Shown one piece after another: positions 7,858-17,344 of a DNA stretch of 64,000 bases. Position 1 is the first letter of the stretch, and each line of letters opens with the position of its first letter. The translations under genes were made by a program, and so were the position numbers. The stretch comes from a virus (taxonomy: Duplodnaviria > Caudoviricetes): the IMG/VR virus record IMGVR_UViG_3300028888_000005, positions 36,590 to 100,589 of that record, one strand, 5' to 3'. The notes under the pieces are model-generated. The model had not been told where the DNA came from, did not search any database, and worked only from the letters and a program-made list of their open reading frames with translations.

Positions 7858-8447
7858 TGAGTGAGACAACAGCACAGAGCGTTTACGCAACGCTAAGCAG
7901 AATCAACGTCAACGAACACGTTGAGCAGAAGAACGGCTTAACCTACCTCAGTTGGGCATGGGCATGGGGTATTGTCAAAGAGCACTACCCCAATGCTACG
8001 TACACTATTTACGAGAATGCCCAAGGCTGGAACTACCACACCGATGGCAAGACGGCATGGGTGAAGACTGGTGTTACCATCCAAGATATTGAACATATTG
8101 AGGAACTTCCTGTCATGGACTTCCGCAATCAGTCCATTCCCGCCGATAAGGTAACCAGCTTTGATGTCAATAAGGCTATTCAGCGCTCATTGACCAAGGC
8201 TGTTGCCCGTCATGGCCTCGGCCTCTACATCTATGCAGGTGAAGACTTACCTGAGGAAGAGGTAAGAAAGGCTCGTGCAACGTCTGAATCAGACCTGCCA
8301 ACAGCTATCGCTGAACTCGATGCCTGCAAGACTACAGAAGATGTGAGCAAGGTCTGGGAGAAGTGGAAGAAGATTCACCCTGAATATGTCAAGCAAGGAC
8401 ATAAGTTCTTCGTTCACTCCAACTCACTTGACGTAGAGTTCGCATAA
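7857..8447 (+). CDS. Sak-type (DUF1071, Rad52-like) single-strand annealing protein
   Basis: INVNEHVEQKNGLTYLSWAWAW...DVNKAIQRSLTKAVARHGLGLYIYAGEDLP. Confidence 0.9.
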   Translation: MSETTAQSVYATLSRINVNEHVEQKNGLTYLSWAWAWGIVKEHYPNATYTIYENAQGWNYHTDGKTAWVKTGVTIQDIEHIEELPVMDFRNQSIPADKVTSFDVNKAIQRSLTKAVARHGLGLYIYAGEDLPEEEVRKARATSESDLPTAIAELDACKTTEDVSKVWEKWKKIHPEYVKQGHKFFVHSNSLDVEFA

Positions 8448-8501
8448 TCAACATCAACTAACAACTAATTATCAATTCATTTATTAAACATTATTTCAAT
8501 T

Positions 8502-9428
8502 ATGAAGGAATTTAAGAACAACGAGAAATCTCAGATCTTGGCAATGGCACGCTTCCTGTACACCAACTACACAATCAAGCGTGAGAAAGTGGAGAACCAG
8601 CTCAAGACAGCCGAGGATAAGTTCGACTTTAACGGCAAGCTTGAGGCTTATCGTAAGAAGCTTGAGGAGCAGTACAACGAAAGAACCAAGAGCCTTCGTG
8701 CCAAGATCGAGGAATACAAGCAGCAGGAAGAGGTCATGAGTGGCCCCATCCGTACTCTGCTGCTCGACAATCATCCTATCGAAGAAGTGGTCAACGTAGG
8801 CTATGTAAGCGAAGGTGATGGTAAACGCAGGCTCACTGCTACGTTCAAGTATCCAGATACCATCCTGCCTCCTGAGGATAACCTCGGCATTGAAGGTACG
8901 GTTGACGAAGGTCCCGAGTATGACGGTGCTGGTTTCAACGGTAGTGCTGAAGAGCTTGCAGCTGACATAGAGCAAGAGCGCCTTGCTGACGAGGCCCGTG
9001 CAGATGCTATGCATGACTGCGAGGAGCGTGAAGCTGACATCGATGTTGATATGCAGGGCGAGTTCAAGCCTATCGAGGAAGGCCCTGCTATGCCTCCTAT
9101 GGACGAGGTAATGCAGGAAGTTGACGAGCTCGTAGACGAGGCTGCTGCCCTGACTGAGGCTTACGGTGACGAGAAGCCTGACTACTACATCCCCGAGGAG
9201 ACCAAGGAGATGGGTGACAGCTTTGTTGAAGCTATGCAGCAAGTCGTAGATTCCGATCCTGTATCACAGGAAGAGATGGAACAGCTTGAGCGTGAAGCCA
9301 ACGAGATGGAAGCCATGTTCGATGATCCCAGCACTGATGACGATGACAGTGAGTCTCCTTGGGACGATGATGACGACGCATCCGATGAGGATGGCGGTGA
9401 AGATGACGATAACTTTGACATCTTGTAA
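8502..9428 (+). CDS. Hypothetical protein with coiled-coil N-terminus and very acidic C-terminal half
   Basis: D/E-rich from about residue 125 to the end. Confidence 0.8.
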   Translation: MKEFKNNEKSQILAMARFLYTNYTIKREKVENQLKTAEDKFDFNGKLEAYRKKLEEQYNERTKSLRAKIEEYKQQEEVMSGPIRTLLLDNHPIEEVVNVGYVSEGDGKRRLTATFKYPDTILPPEDNLGIEGTVDEGPEYDGAGFNGSAEELAADIEQERLADEARADAMHDCEEREADIDVDMQGEFKPIEEGPAMPPMDEVMQEVDELVDEAAALTEAYGDEKPDYYIPEETKEMGDSFVEAMQQVVDSDPVSQEEMEQLEREANEMEAMFDDPSTDDDDSESPWDDDDDASDEDGGEDDDNFDIL

Positions 9429-9442
9429 TATATAGTGACCTG

Positions 9443-9480
9443 TGGGGTGGTTACGCGTCTGTGTGCCACCCCATTTTTAT
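9443..9480 (+). terminator. Intrinsic terminator
   Basis: tggggtgg...ccacccca followed by ttttt. Confidence 0.75.
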
Positions 9481-9544
9481 TACTAATAACAAAATATTTA
9501 TTCACAAACCAAACATTTTTATTAACTATTTAAACGTTTAAATT

Positions 9545-10390
9545 ATGGCTTTATCACAAGGAAGAGGAACCGAGACCAGTAACAGTTACAAACTGTATTC
9601 AGGCATTGATAGGTTTAAGGTGTTGGGTGTTAACCCTGACCTAGAGACACTCAAGAGCTGGGGCGTGAATTTGAAAAACGAACCCAACTATACCCGTACA
9701 GATGATGACGGCACTAAGTGTGCTGACATTGTTGTATGGGTAAAGTCAGTGAAGTTTCCTGATCTCGTAACTCACGTGGACTTTACTGTCCGTAACAAGA
9801 AGAACGAAGCCACCATTGAAGGTGTGCACAAGACGGAAATGATCGACTGCTTCGGCAACACAGCTTGGTTGTCTGATGACGAGGTACGCAACAAGATTGT
9901 CCCTCTGCTCAAGAGCGGCAAGCCGTCTCCGTTCTATCCTCAGAATATGAGGCCCAGTCGACGTGGTGAACGTGCACTCACTGAGTTCTTCAAGTTCTTC
10001 GTGAACGTGGCAGACAGCCATGATTACAAGGACGGAAGCTGGGTACTTCGCGGTAACGCAGAGAATGACGCAAACTACCGCTTTGAGGAGATCAACAAGT
10101 ATTTCCTCGGCGATGTAACCGAGCTGCGTGGCGAGATTGAGAAGTGGCCCGAAGACACAGTCAAACTGCTTTGCGGTGTCTATAGTGACAAGTCTGGGCG
10201 TATGCGTCAGACTGTGTATCCTGACCTGTGCTTCAGAGCAGCAGCTGCCACTGCTAAGATTGGACCTAAGTTCTCTAAGGAGATCTCATCACGTAAGGCT
10301 AAAGGCCGCCTGAGTAACCACGACTACATCTTTGACGAGATTCAGGAGTGGGGAGTGACTCCCTCATCAAAGGAAGAGTCCAACGAGTAA
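9545..10390 (+). CDS. Putative crAss-like ssDNA-binding protein
   Basis: YKLYSGIDRFKVLGVNP N-terminal motif; located before the primase. Confidence 0.55.
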   Translation: MALSQGRGTETSNSYKLYSGIDRFKVLGVNPDLETLKSWGVNLKNEPNYTRTDDDGTKCADIVVWVKSVKFPDLVTHVDFTVRNKKNEATIEGVHKTEMIDCFGNTAWLSDDEVRNKIVPLLKSGKPSPFYPQNMRPSRRGERALTEFFKFFVNVADSHDYKDGSWVLRGNAENDANYRFEEINKYFLGDVTELRGEIEKWPEDTVKLLCGVYSDKSGRMRQTVYPDLCFRAAAATAKIGPKFSKEISSRKAKGRLSNHDYIFDEIQEWGVTPSSKEESNE

Positions 10391-11382
10391 TGCTATCCGA
10401 AGGCAGACCGAGTATCTCTGCTGAGGACCTCTACAACCGCATATCCGGCGAGGAAATACTTCGCCGGTATGTGGGAGTGGAGTATATCCCGTCACTAATC
10501 CATTCCCCGCTACGTGAGGATGAACATAAATCATTCTCACTGTTCTATTCACAGGACGGAACAACTGTACTGTGGAAAGACCATGCCAGTGGAATGGCTG
10601 GTGATGCGATAGGTCTGCTATCATTAATGTGGGGTAAGCCCCGTGAGGAAGTCATACAAAGTGTTTGGTCTGAATGTGACTGTGCCTCACGGGAGCTTGT
10701 TCCCGTTAAACCAAGACCACCAGAGCCCACAGAGATCCAGATTAAGGTACGCAAAGCTACTAAGCAGGATATAGAGTATTGGTCCGGCTATGGCGTGCCT
10801 AAGGAATGGCTGAAGTTCGCAGGTATCGTACCCATATCGCACTTTGTGCTGGTATGCGGATCACGGTGCTGCATCTATAAAGCCGATGATCTTGCTTATG
10901 CGTACACATCCGATGCAGGTATCAAGGTATACCAACCACACCATCCGACAATCAAATGGCGGTCATCACAGAAGAAAGGATATGTCCAGCTGTATGATAA
11001 ACTGCCTTCATACGGAAACATTGTAGTGGTATGCTCATCTATGAAAGACGCTCTGTGCCTGTGGGCGCAGACAGGAATCCCAGCTATAGCACCAGGTAGT
11101 GAAGGAACATCCCTTCCGCCATCTATGGTCGATGACCTAAAGCAACGATTCCACAGATGTTGCATACTCTACGATAACGACAAAGCAGGACAAGGCTATG
11201 CAAAAGAAGCCGCGCTTGAGACAGGATTTGAACTGATTACATTACCTCAATTCAATGAAGGCAAGGATATCAGTGACCTGTACAAGAGCCTCGGCAACCC
11301 TACTGAGTTTAAACATCAAATGATTAGGTTGATTGATGGTCCCACACAGGTACCGGAAACAACCGATGAACTGCCCTTCTAA
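10390..11382 (+). CDS. DnaG-like DNA primase
   Basis: SPLREDEHKSFSL, WKDHASG, TOPRIM SSMKD...LYDNDKAG...KDISD. Confidence 0.85.
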   Translation: MLSEGRPSISAEDLYNRISGEEILRRYVGVEYIPSLIHSPLREDEHKSFSLFYSQDGTTVLWKDHASGMAGDAIGLLSLMWGKPREEVIQSVWSECDCASRELVPVKPRPPEPTEIQIKVRKATKQDIEYWSGYGVPKEWLKFAGIVPISHFVLVCGSRCCIYKADDLAYAYTSDAGIKVYQPHHPTIKWRSSQKKGYVQLYDKLPSYGNIVVVCSSMKDALCLWAQTGIPAIAPGSEGTSLPPSMVDDLKQRFHRCCILYDNDKAGQGYAKEAALETGFELITLPQFNEGKDISDLYKSLGNPTEFKHQMIRLIDGPTQVPETTDELPF

Positions 11383-12693
11383 ATGGAAATCGAGAAACTA
11401 GTAAAGAAAATGATGATTGAAGACCCGTTCTATGGGTTCATGCTCACCACACTGGAACGCAGGTTTACGGACCGTGTAGCCAGAATGGGAGTGACCTTCA
11501 ATCATAACATGAATGCAGAGCTCCTTATCAACAAGGAGTTTTATGAGACCCTCACAGACGTAGAGCAGTTAGCCTGCCTTAAGCATGAGCTGCTGCATCT
11601 TGCGTTTCATCACTTAACAATGATGAATGTGTTCCCTAACAAGGAAATAGCTAATATTGCTATGGATCTTGAGGTGAACGGATACATCACAGGACTGCCG
11701 AGCTGGGTCTATCGTGCATCAGATTATAATCTGAATAACAGGCTAGGAACTATGGCCTACTACAGGGCATTAACCCAACCTCAGCAACAGCAGAAACAAC
11801 AAGGCAATCCAGACAAAGAGTGTAATGGAGGAGCCGGTCCGTCACAGCAGAGCCAAGAACATGGTGATAGTACGCAGAATCACCAACAGAGCAGACAGAA
11901 TCAACAGGATGATTCCCAAGATGGCGACCCTAAACAGGAAGACCAAGAACAGCAACAGCCGTCTGCACCAAAGCCACAGCAAGGCTTCGATAAAGAAAAG
12001 GCTGTCTGTGACCATAATGTATGGGAAGAAGGCGCTGATGAAGCACAGGAGAATGTTGATCTCATCAACAGTGTGATTGATGATATGCTTATCCGTGCAG
12101 CTAACAGCGTAAAGACACGCGGTTTTATTCCTGCTGAGCTGGCCCAGTATATATCTGAGCTAGAGAAACCACTGGAACGTGTATTCGACTGGAAGAAGGC
12201 ATTCCGCCGTTTCCTCGGCAACTCATACACTGAGAATAAGAAATCTTCACGAAGGAAAGAGTCACGCAGGTTTGTCGGTGCTGCTGGTTCCAAACATACT
12301 AAACGTGCAGAAGTCCTAGTGGCTATTGACACTTCAGGCTCAGTGAATAAATACGAACTGCATGAGTTCTTTAGTGAGCTTACGTACATGTATAAGACAG
12401 GTACAAAGATCCACGTGCTGGAATGTGACGCTGCTATTCAGCACGAGTATGATTACAAGCCAGGATGCGTCACTAAGGTGCATGGTCGTGGCGGTACCCG
12501 CTTTGAGCCCGTCATCGACTATTACAAGAAACACTATAAGCGCTATGAAACGCTTATCTATTTCACGGATGGAGAAGCTTCGTTGAACTTCACCGTTCCG
12601 CAGAACAACATGTTATGGGTAATCTCTTCGCAGGGATCGAAGAACAATTATCCTGGAGGAAAAGTTATTTATATCCCAAAACGTAATCATTAA
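11383..12693 (+). CDS. vWA-domain protein with N-terminal HExxH metallopeptidase (DUF2201-like)
   Basis: LKHELLH, NIAMDLEVN, MIDAS DTSGS, GRGGT, YFTDG. Confidence 0.9.
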   Translation: MEIEKLVKKMMIEDPFYGFMLTTLERRFTDRVARMGVTFNHNMNAELLINKEFYETLTDVEQLACLKHELLHLAFHHLTMMNVFPNKEIANIAMDLEVNGYITGLPSWVYRASDYNLNNRLGTMAYYRALTQPQQQQKQQGNPDKECNGGAGPSQQSQEHGDSTQNHQQSRQNQQDDSQDGDPKQEDQEQQQPSAPKPQQGFDKEKAVCDHNVWEEGADEAQENVDLINSVIDDMLIRAANSVKTRGFIPAELAQYISELEKPLERVFDWKKAFRRFLGNSYTENKKSSRRKESRRFVGAAGSKHTKRAEVLVAIDTSGSVNKYELHEFFSELTYMYKTGTKIHVLECDAAIQHEYDYKPGCVTKVHGRGGTRFEPVIDYYKKHYKRYETLIYFTDGEASLNFTVPQNNMLWVISSQGSKNNYPGGKVIYIPKRNH

Positions 12694-12695
12694 TC

Positions 12696-13910
12696 ATGGC
12701 AGAATCAATTAATCCGAATCAAGCAAAGAGGTTACTTAACCATTTTATCGACACTAATCGTATGCTACAGGATGCAGGACAGTCTCCTGTTGCTATCGGT
12801 CTTACAGGACAACATGGCATCGGCAAAACCGATATCGTCGAGCAGGTAGCAAAAGAGCGTAACATGGGCTTTGTGAAGCTTTCCCTGCATGAGCTGGAAG
12901 AAGTCGGTGATCTTGTAGGATATCCGGTCAAGGAGTATCGCATCATCAACAAGGAAACCAACAAAGGCGTATGGGTAGCGGCTGACATGCTTGAATCAGT
13001 CAATGATGCTAAGTGGAAGAAAACACCGAAGTCCCGTATGGCCTATGCAAAGCCTGCATGGGTGCCTGAGTTCAACGAGAACGGCACTATCCTGCTGCTT
13101 GATGACTATGCCAGGTCATCGCAGATGTTGGTGCAAGCAACTATGGGGTTGATCAAGGAAGGCAAATATGTGTCATGGAGCCTTCCTAAGTATACTACTG
13201 TAGTCCTGACAGCTAATCCCGATAATGGCGAGTTCAATGTATGCAGCCTTGACTCGGCACAGAAGACCAGGTTTGCCGACTATAACCTTGAGTTTGAGAT
13301 TGACTCATGGGCCAAGTGGGCAGAGGCAGCAAACATTGATTCACGTGCAATCAATTTTGCCTTGAGCTACTCACAGGACCTGTTCTATGAAAAGAACGGT
13401 GTGACCATTGCCTGCCCACGCAGCTATGTAACGTTTGTAAAGGCAATATCAAGTATTAAGGACTGGAAGAAAGACCTCGCCCTTATTCTGCTTATCAGTA
13501 AAGGATGCTTTGACGATAAGGACAATGCTGTCGGCACCATCTTCACAACATTTGTGAAAAACGGTTATGATAAGCTGATCAGTCCCAAGGATGTCTTTAT
13601 GCAGAGCTGGGACACTGTACAATGGAAGCTGAAGAAAGCCATTTATGGCGAAGGTGACGACTTCAGCGACTACAACGCAGCCATTGCATCTATGATGTCA
13701 ACGAGACTTGTCAATTGGCTTAATGTGTATTTCAACACTAAGGGATACGAAAGTAAACCTATCGTTGAGAGGTTAACAGAGCTGTTTAACAGCCATTTGT
13801 TCTCAGAAGACCTTATGTTCCACATCATCAAGACCAGTATCAGTAATCACCCACAACAGCTTGCTAAGCTGATGCAGAATCCAGAAATCACTCAAAAGAT
13901 TGTGTTATAA
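12696..13910 (+). CDS. MoxR-like AAA+ ATPase
   Basis: GQHGIGKT, LLLDDYAR, TANP, D.AQKTRF, PRS; paired with the vWA gene. Confidence 0.88.
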   Translation: MAESINPNQAKRLLNHFIDTNRMLQDAGQSPVAIGLTGQHGIGKTDIVEQVAKERNMGFVKLSLHELEEVGDLVGYPVKEYRIINKETNKGVWVAADMLESVNDAKWKKTPKSRMAYAKPAWVPEFNENGTILLLDDYARSSQMLVQATMGLIKEGKYVSWSLPKYTTVVLTANPDNGEFNVCSLDSAQKTRFADYNLEFEIDSWAKWAEAANIDSRAINFALSYSQDLFYEKNGVTIACPRSYVTFVKAISSIKDWKKDLALILLISKGCFDDKDNAVGTIFTTFVKNGYDKLISPKDVFMQSWDTVQWKLKKAIYGEGDDFSDYNAAIASMMSTRLVNWLNVYFNTKGYESKPIVERLTELFNSHLFSEDLMFHIIKTSISNHPQQLAKLMQNPEITQKIVL

Positions 13911-14935
13911 TGAGAAGAATACCAATGCACTTATTGGAGTATCCAGAATATGATTTGTATAAACTGGACGAAACCTTTGTAGATGAACAACTGTTCATGC
14001 AGAAACTGGCTGCTGGGCAGCTAGATTTCTACGAACCCTGGAATCGCTATTCTGACTACCCGAGGTTTTTCGTAAACAGCATTCCAACGACATCGTCAAC
14101 TGTACCGGAAGGCGCAAAGATAATGTTACACAAATCATGCTCTGTGCCTTCTACTATGCTGAAGAAATACGATGTAATCACATCAGCAAGAACTGATGCG
14201 CCTGATTACTTTGTGTTTCCTAACACTAATTCGACATTACCTACACTGACAGAAGCTATGTTGTTCATTAACCATATGGACAAAATCATCATAGGCATTG
14301 AACCGTTGTGGTACTATAAGCAAAAAGGACTGACACCTGATCAGTATCTCCCAAGTATAGTCAATTTCATGCTTAACGGCAACAAATGCGAGCATCCACA
14401 TCACTTTGAGGTATTTGATGAAGAGCTGCATAATGTCAGGTATTCCGAGAACCTCGATGACACGCTGCTCTTATATGCAAAGGATATGCTTCCGCAAGAT
14501 AGGATAGTGAATGAAGACGCGTTGTTCATTGGCGAGGATAAGCTGACCTATGATGTATTCAAGTCTTGCTATCTAATGTCAAAGAGTTCAGACCTGGAGA
14601 TGTGTAAAGCTGCACTGATCACATTAGCACAACATGACTGTCATGGTTGGGAAGAGTTGATACATTGGCTTCTGTTCTACCTGTGCGATTATTATAAGGT
14701 AATCCAGCCTGTTAAGCGAAGTCATTCGCCTTTCCGCTGGTTATATGCTCATACAGGAAAAAACAGAAGAAGTATGCCAACTATGTTTGTTGACATGACA
14801 AGCATCAGCATGGGAAGAAAGCTCGTAACTGAGATGACTGAAGGTGCGTATAAATGGGAAATGGGCGTTCTTATGAAAGAAAGTTACTACAGACCAAAGG
14901 AAGAAATTGAACAACTGGCTAACCTATTGAATTAA
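13910..14935 (+). CDS. Hypothetical protein coupled to MoxR
   Basis: 341-aa ORF with TAATG overlap. Confidence 0.75.
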   Translation: MRRIPMHLLEYPEYDLYKLDETFVDEQLFMQKLAAGQLDFYEPWNRYSDYPRFFVNSIPTTSSTVPEGAKIMLHKSCSVPSTMLKKYDVITSARTDAPDYFVFPNTNSTLPTLTEAMLFINHMDKIIIGIEPLWYYKQKGLTPDQYLPSIVNFMLNGNKCEHPHHFEVFDEELHNVRYSENLDDTLLLYAKDMLPQDRIVNEDALFIGEDKLTYDVFKSCYLMSKSSDLEMCKAALITLAQHDCHGWEELIHWLLFYLCDYYKVIQPVKRSHSPFRWLYAHTGKNRRSMPTMFVDMTSISMGRKLVTEMTEGAYKWEMGVLMKESYYRPKEEIEQLANLLN

Positions 14936-14995
14936 TATTCGCATCTTTATGAGAAAATAGTTGGATAAACATTCGATAATCTCGATAATTTCAAA

Positions 14996-15003
14996 TAACT
15001 TTG
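14996..15003 (+). promoter_or_regulatory. Bacteroidetes -7 element (TAACTTTG)
   Basis: Consensus match in an intergenic gap. Confidence 0.7.
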
Positions 15004-15028
15004 CAGAAGTTATTCATTTATCGGGAAT

Positions 15029-15490
15029 ATGAGCAAATTTCACAGCGACAAAGTCTACGTAGTTAATCTGGGACAAGACTCAGAGCAGACATTCAGCAAT
15101 AAAGCTAAAGCTCTTGAGTACTGTCTGGATAACAACATACAGACTGAGATCGCTGTATTTGACTCTAAGAAGGAATACCGCAGATGGGGCATCCTATGCG
15201 AGGCTGAGCTAAGCGGAGAGATCAGCGACCTGCAAAGACAGGTGCCCTATCTATTGGTACCCACACAGTATGAAGAAGTACTCATAACAGGGAAACGCAA
15301 GACACGCACAAAGAAAAGGCGTGTCGAGGCCCCTGTAATCTACAAGGCTGATTTTCAATATCAGCTGAATGACGGGACTCTGGTCGTCGAAGACGTGAAA
15401 AGCAAGGCGACCAGAAAGCTCCCCGAATACGTAATTAAACGCAAATTGATGCTGCACGTTCATGGCATCAGACTAAAAGAAATCATCTAA
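15029..15490 (+). CDS. DUF1064-family PD-(D/E)XK nuclease
   Basis: FDSKKEYRRW...LQRQVPY...YKADFQY...VVEDVKS...YVIKRKLM. Confidence 0.85.
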   Translation: MSKFHSDKVYVVNLGQDSEQTFSNKAKALEYCLDNNIQTEIAVFDSKKEYRRWGILCEAELSGEISDLQRQVPYLLVPTQYEEVLITGKRKTRTKKRRVEAPVIYKADFQYQLNDGTLVVEDVKSKATRKLPEYVIKRKLMLHVHGIRLKEII

Positions 15491-15501
15491 AACAAAACAA
15501 C

Positions 15502-15900
15502 ATGACTGAAACTCCAAACATTAAATTCATTAATCTCGGAAGAACTAGCGCAAATGCGCTGCCAGAAGACATCATCTCACTATACATTGACGATAAGAAC
15601 TCACGGCGCATTACCCTAAACAAAACACTGACAAAGAGACTGAAGGATGAAGACTTCCGTTTCCTGCGTGTAGGATTTTCCGATGTAAGCACAGATGCAT
15701 ACTTCGTGTTCTGCAAAAAACAGACACCAGATGCACTAATGATTAACCCGGACGGAAAGAATCTTGTCATCAACAGTAAGTTTCTGGTTGATACAATGAT
15801 CGAGAAAATGGGACTCAGCGCAAAATCACAGTTGCTGAAAATCACGGATAACATCGCAAATAACTTAGAATATTTAACTTTTAGAGTAAACAAAGCATGA
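15502..15900 (+). CDS. Hypothetical protein
   Basis: ORF track. Confidence 0.75.
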   Translation: MTETPNIKFINLGRTSANALPEDIISLYIDDKNSRRITLNKTLTKRLKDEDFRFLRVGFSDVSTDAYFVFCKKQTPDALMINPDGKNLVINSKFLVDTMIEKMGLSAKSQLLKITDNIANNLEYLTFRVNKA

Positions 15901-16937
15901 AAGAGATTTCAGAGATTTCATGGCAAGTGACGGAGCCTGAGTACCGTCAGCATCCAGCATTGTCGCAATCCACATTGGGTAAGTATGAGCGCAATGGCAG
16001 ATTCGATTCAATCCCAACTCTGTTCGACAAGGAGAGTTCCCCATCTTTGACATTCGGCTCATTAGTGGACGGTCTGCTTACCGGCACGCCAGAAAAGCTT
16101 AAAGAACGTTTCCTTGTCGCCGAGTTCCCTAAGCTGGAGCCCAAAGAACTGACCGCAGTGATGGCTATGTATGAAGGCTACCACGACAAGTACGCCACAG
16201 TGTTTGAGTTCACAGAGGAAGACCTCAGAGCAGTGCTCGATGAGGCTGACTTTTACAAGAAGTGGACAGACGATAAACGCTTTGCCAAGGTTTTGTCAGA
16301 AGATTGTGCTCTGTACTACAAGCTGCTCAAGGAGAAGGAGAACAAAGAGCTTATCAATCAAGAGCTTTACAACGAAGCGGAAGCTACTGTACAGGCTCTA
16401 CGCGGCTCACAGGCATCGTTCCATTACTTCCGTGCAGACAAAGGCAATATTAAACGTTATTATCAGCTTAAGTTCAAAGATGTCATCGATGGTGTCGAGT
16501 ATCGTGGTATGCTTGACCTTATCATCGTAGACTATGAGAACAAAGTGGTTATCCCGTGTGACCTGAAGACCAGCTCATACAGTGAGCACGGCTTCTTTAA
16601 GAGCTTCATCAAGTGGCGCTATGACATCCAAGCCCGTTTGTACTGGAGACTGCTCAGGATGGCAATGGATAAGGATGAGTATTTCAAGGACTTCAAGCTC
16701 CTTGACTTCCGCTTCATCGTCGTCAATAAGGAGAACCGTAATCCTTTAGTATGGGACTTTGCTGATACACAGAAGGACGGAGACTTATCCTATCCTGCTT
16801 GTAGTTATCCACTTCGTGCTCCGTGGACTATCGGCAAGGAACTCAGGCACTATCTTGATGATACGCCTAAGGTTCCTGATGGTATCACACGTGTAGGAGT
16901 AAACCACCTGTGCGACTATCTGAACCAGAGACCATGA
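15897..16937 (+). CDS. PD-(D/E)XK exonuclease (RecE/ExoVIII-like)
   Basis: YRQHPALSQS, FGSLVD, RGMLDLI, CDLKTS, YDIQARLY. Confidence 0.82.
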   Translation: MKEISEISWQVTEPEYRQHPALSQSTLGKYERNGRFDSIPTLFDKESSPSLTFGSLVDGLLTGTPEKLKERFLVAEFPKLEPKELTAVMAMYEGYHDKYATVFEFTEEDLRAVLDEADFYKKWTDDKRFAKVLSEDCALYYKLLKEKENKELINQELYNEAEATVQALRGSQASFHYFRADKGNIKRYYQLKFKDVIDGVEYRGMLDLIIVDYENKVVIPCDLKTSSYSEHGFFKSFIKWRYDIQARLYWRLLRMAMDKDEYFKDFKLLDFRFIVVNKENRNPLVWDFADTQKDGDLSYPACSYPLRAPWTIGKELRHYLDDTPKVPDGITRVGVNHLCDYLNQRP

Positions 16938-17344
16938 AGCTGATACTCAAACAAACGAATCCAGGCAATCTGCCTTATATAAGCCTGTATCACGGGACTA
17001 ATCTGTATAATTTCCTAGTTGATACAGGCAGTACGTCTAACTGGATTGACCCAAAAGTGATGTTTAATTTCATGCAAGAAGGTGAGTCCCGTGTTGGTAC
17101 CCGTACACTAAATGGCGAGAATTATAAGACACTGATTGCAACGCTACGTGTTGAGCCTCGTGTGTATACGGAAAAGGATGACACAGCGTATAAGTTCAGG
17201 GCATCATTCGCAAGCGGATTCTTGGAGAACCTTGAACAGCTGAACAACAACGTGAACTGCAAAATGCATGGCATCCTTGGCATGGAGTTCCTGCAAGAAA
17301 ATGGAAGTGACATCGACTTGAAGACACTAACGATGATAATATGA
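16934..17344 (+). CDS. Retropepsin-like aspartyl protease
   Basis: FLVDTGS and GILGMEFL motifs. Confidence 0.8.
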   Translation: MKLILKQTNPGNLPYISLYHGTNLYNFLVDTGSTSNWIDPKVMFNFMQEGESRVGTRTLNGENYKTLIATLRVEPRVYTEKDDTAYKFRASFASGFLENLEQLNNNVNCKMHGILGMEFLQENGSDIDLKTLTMII

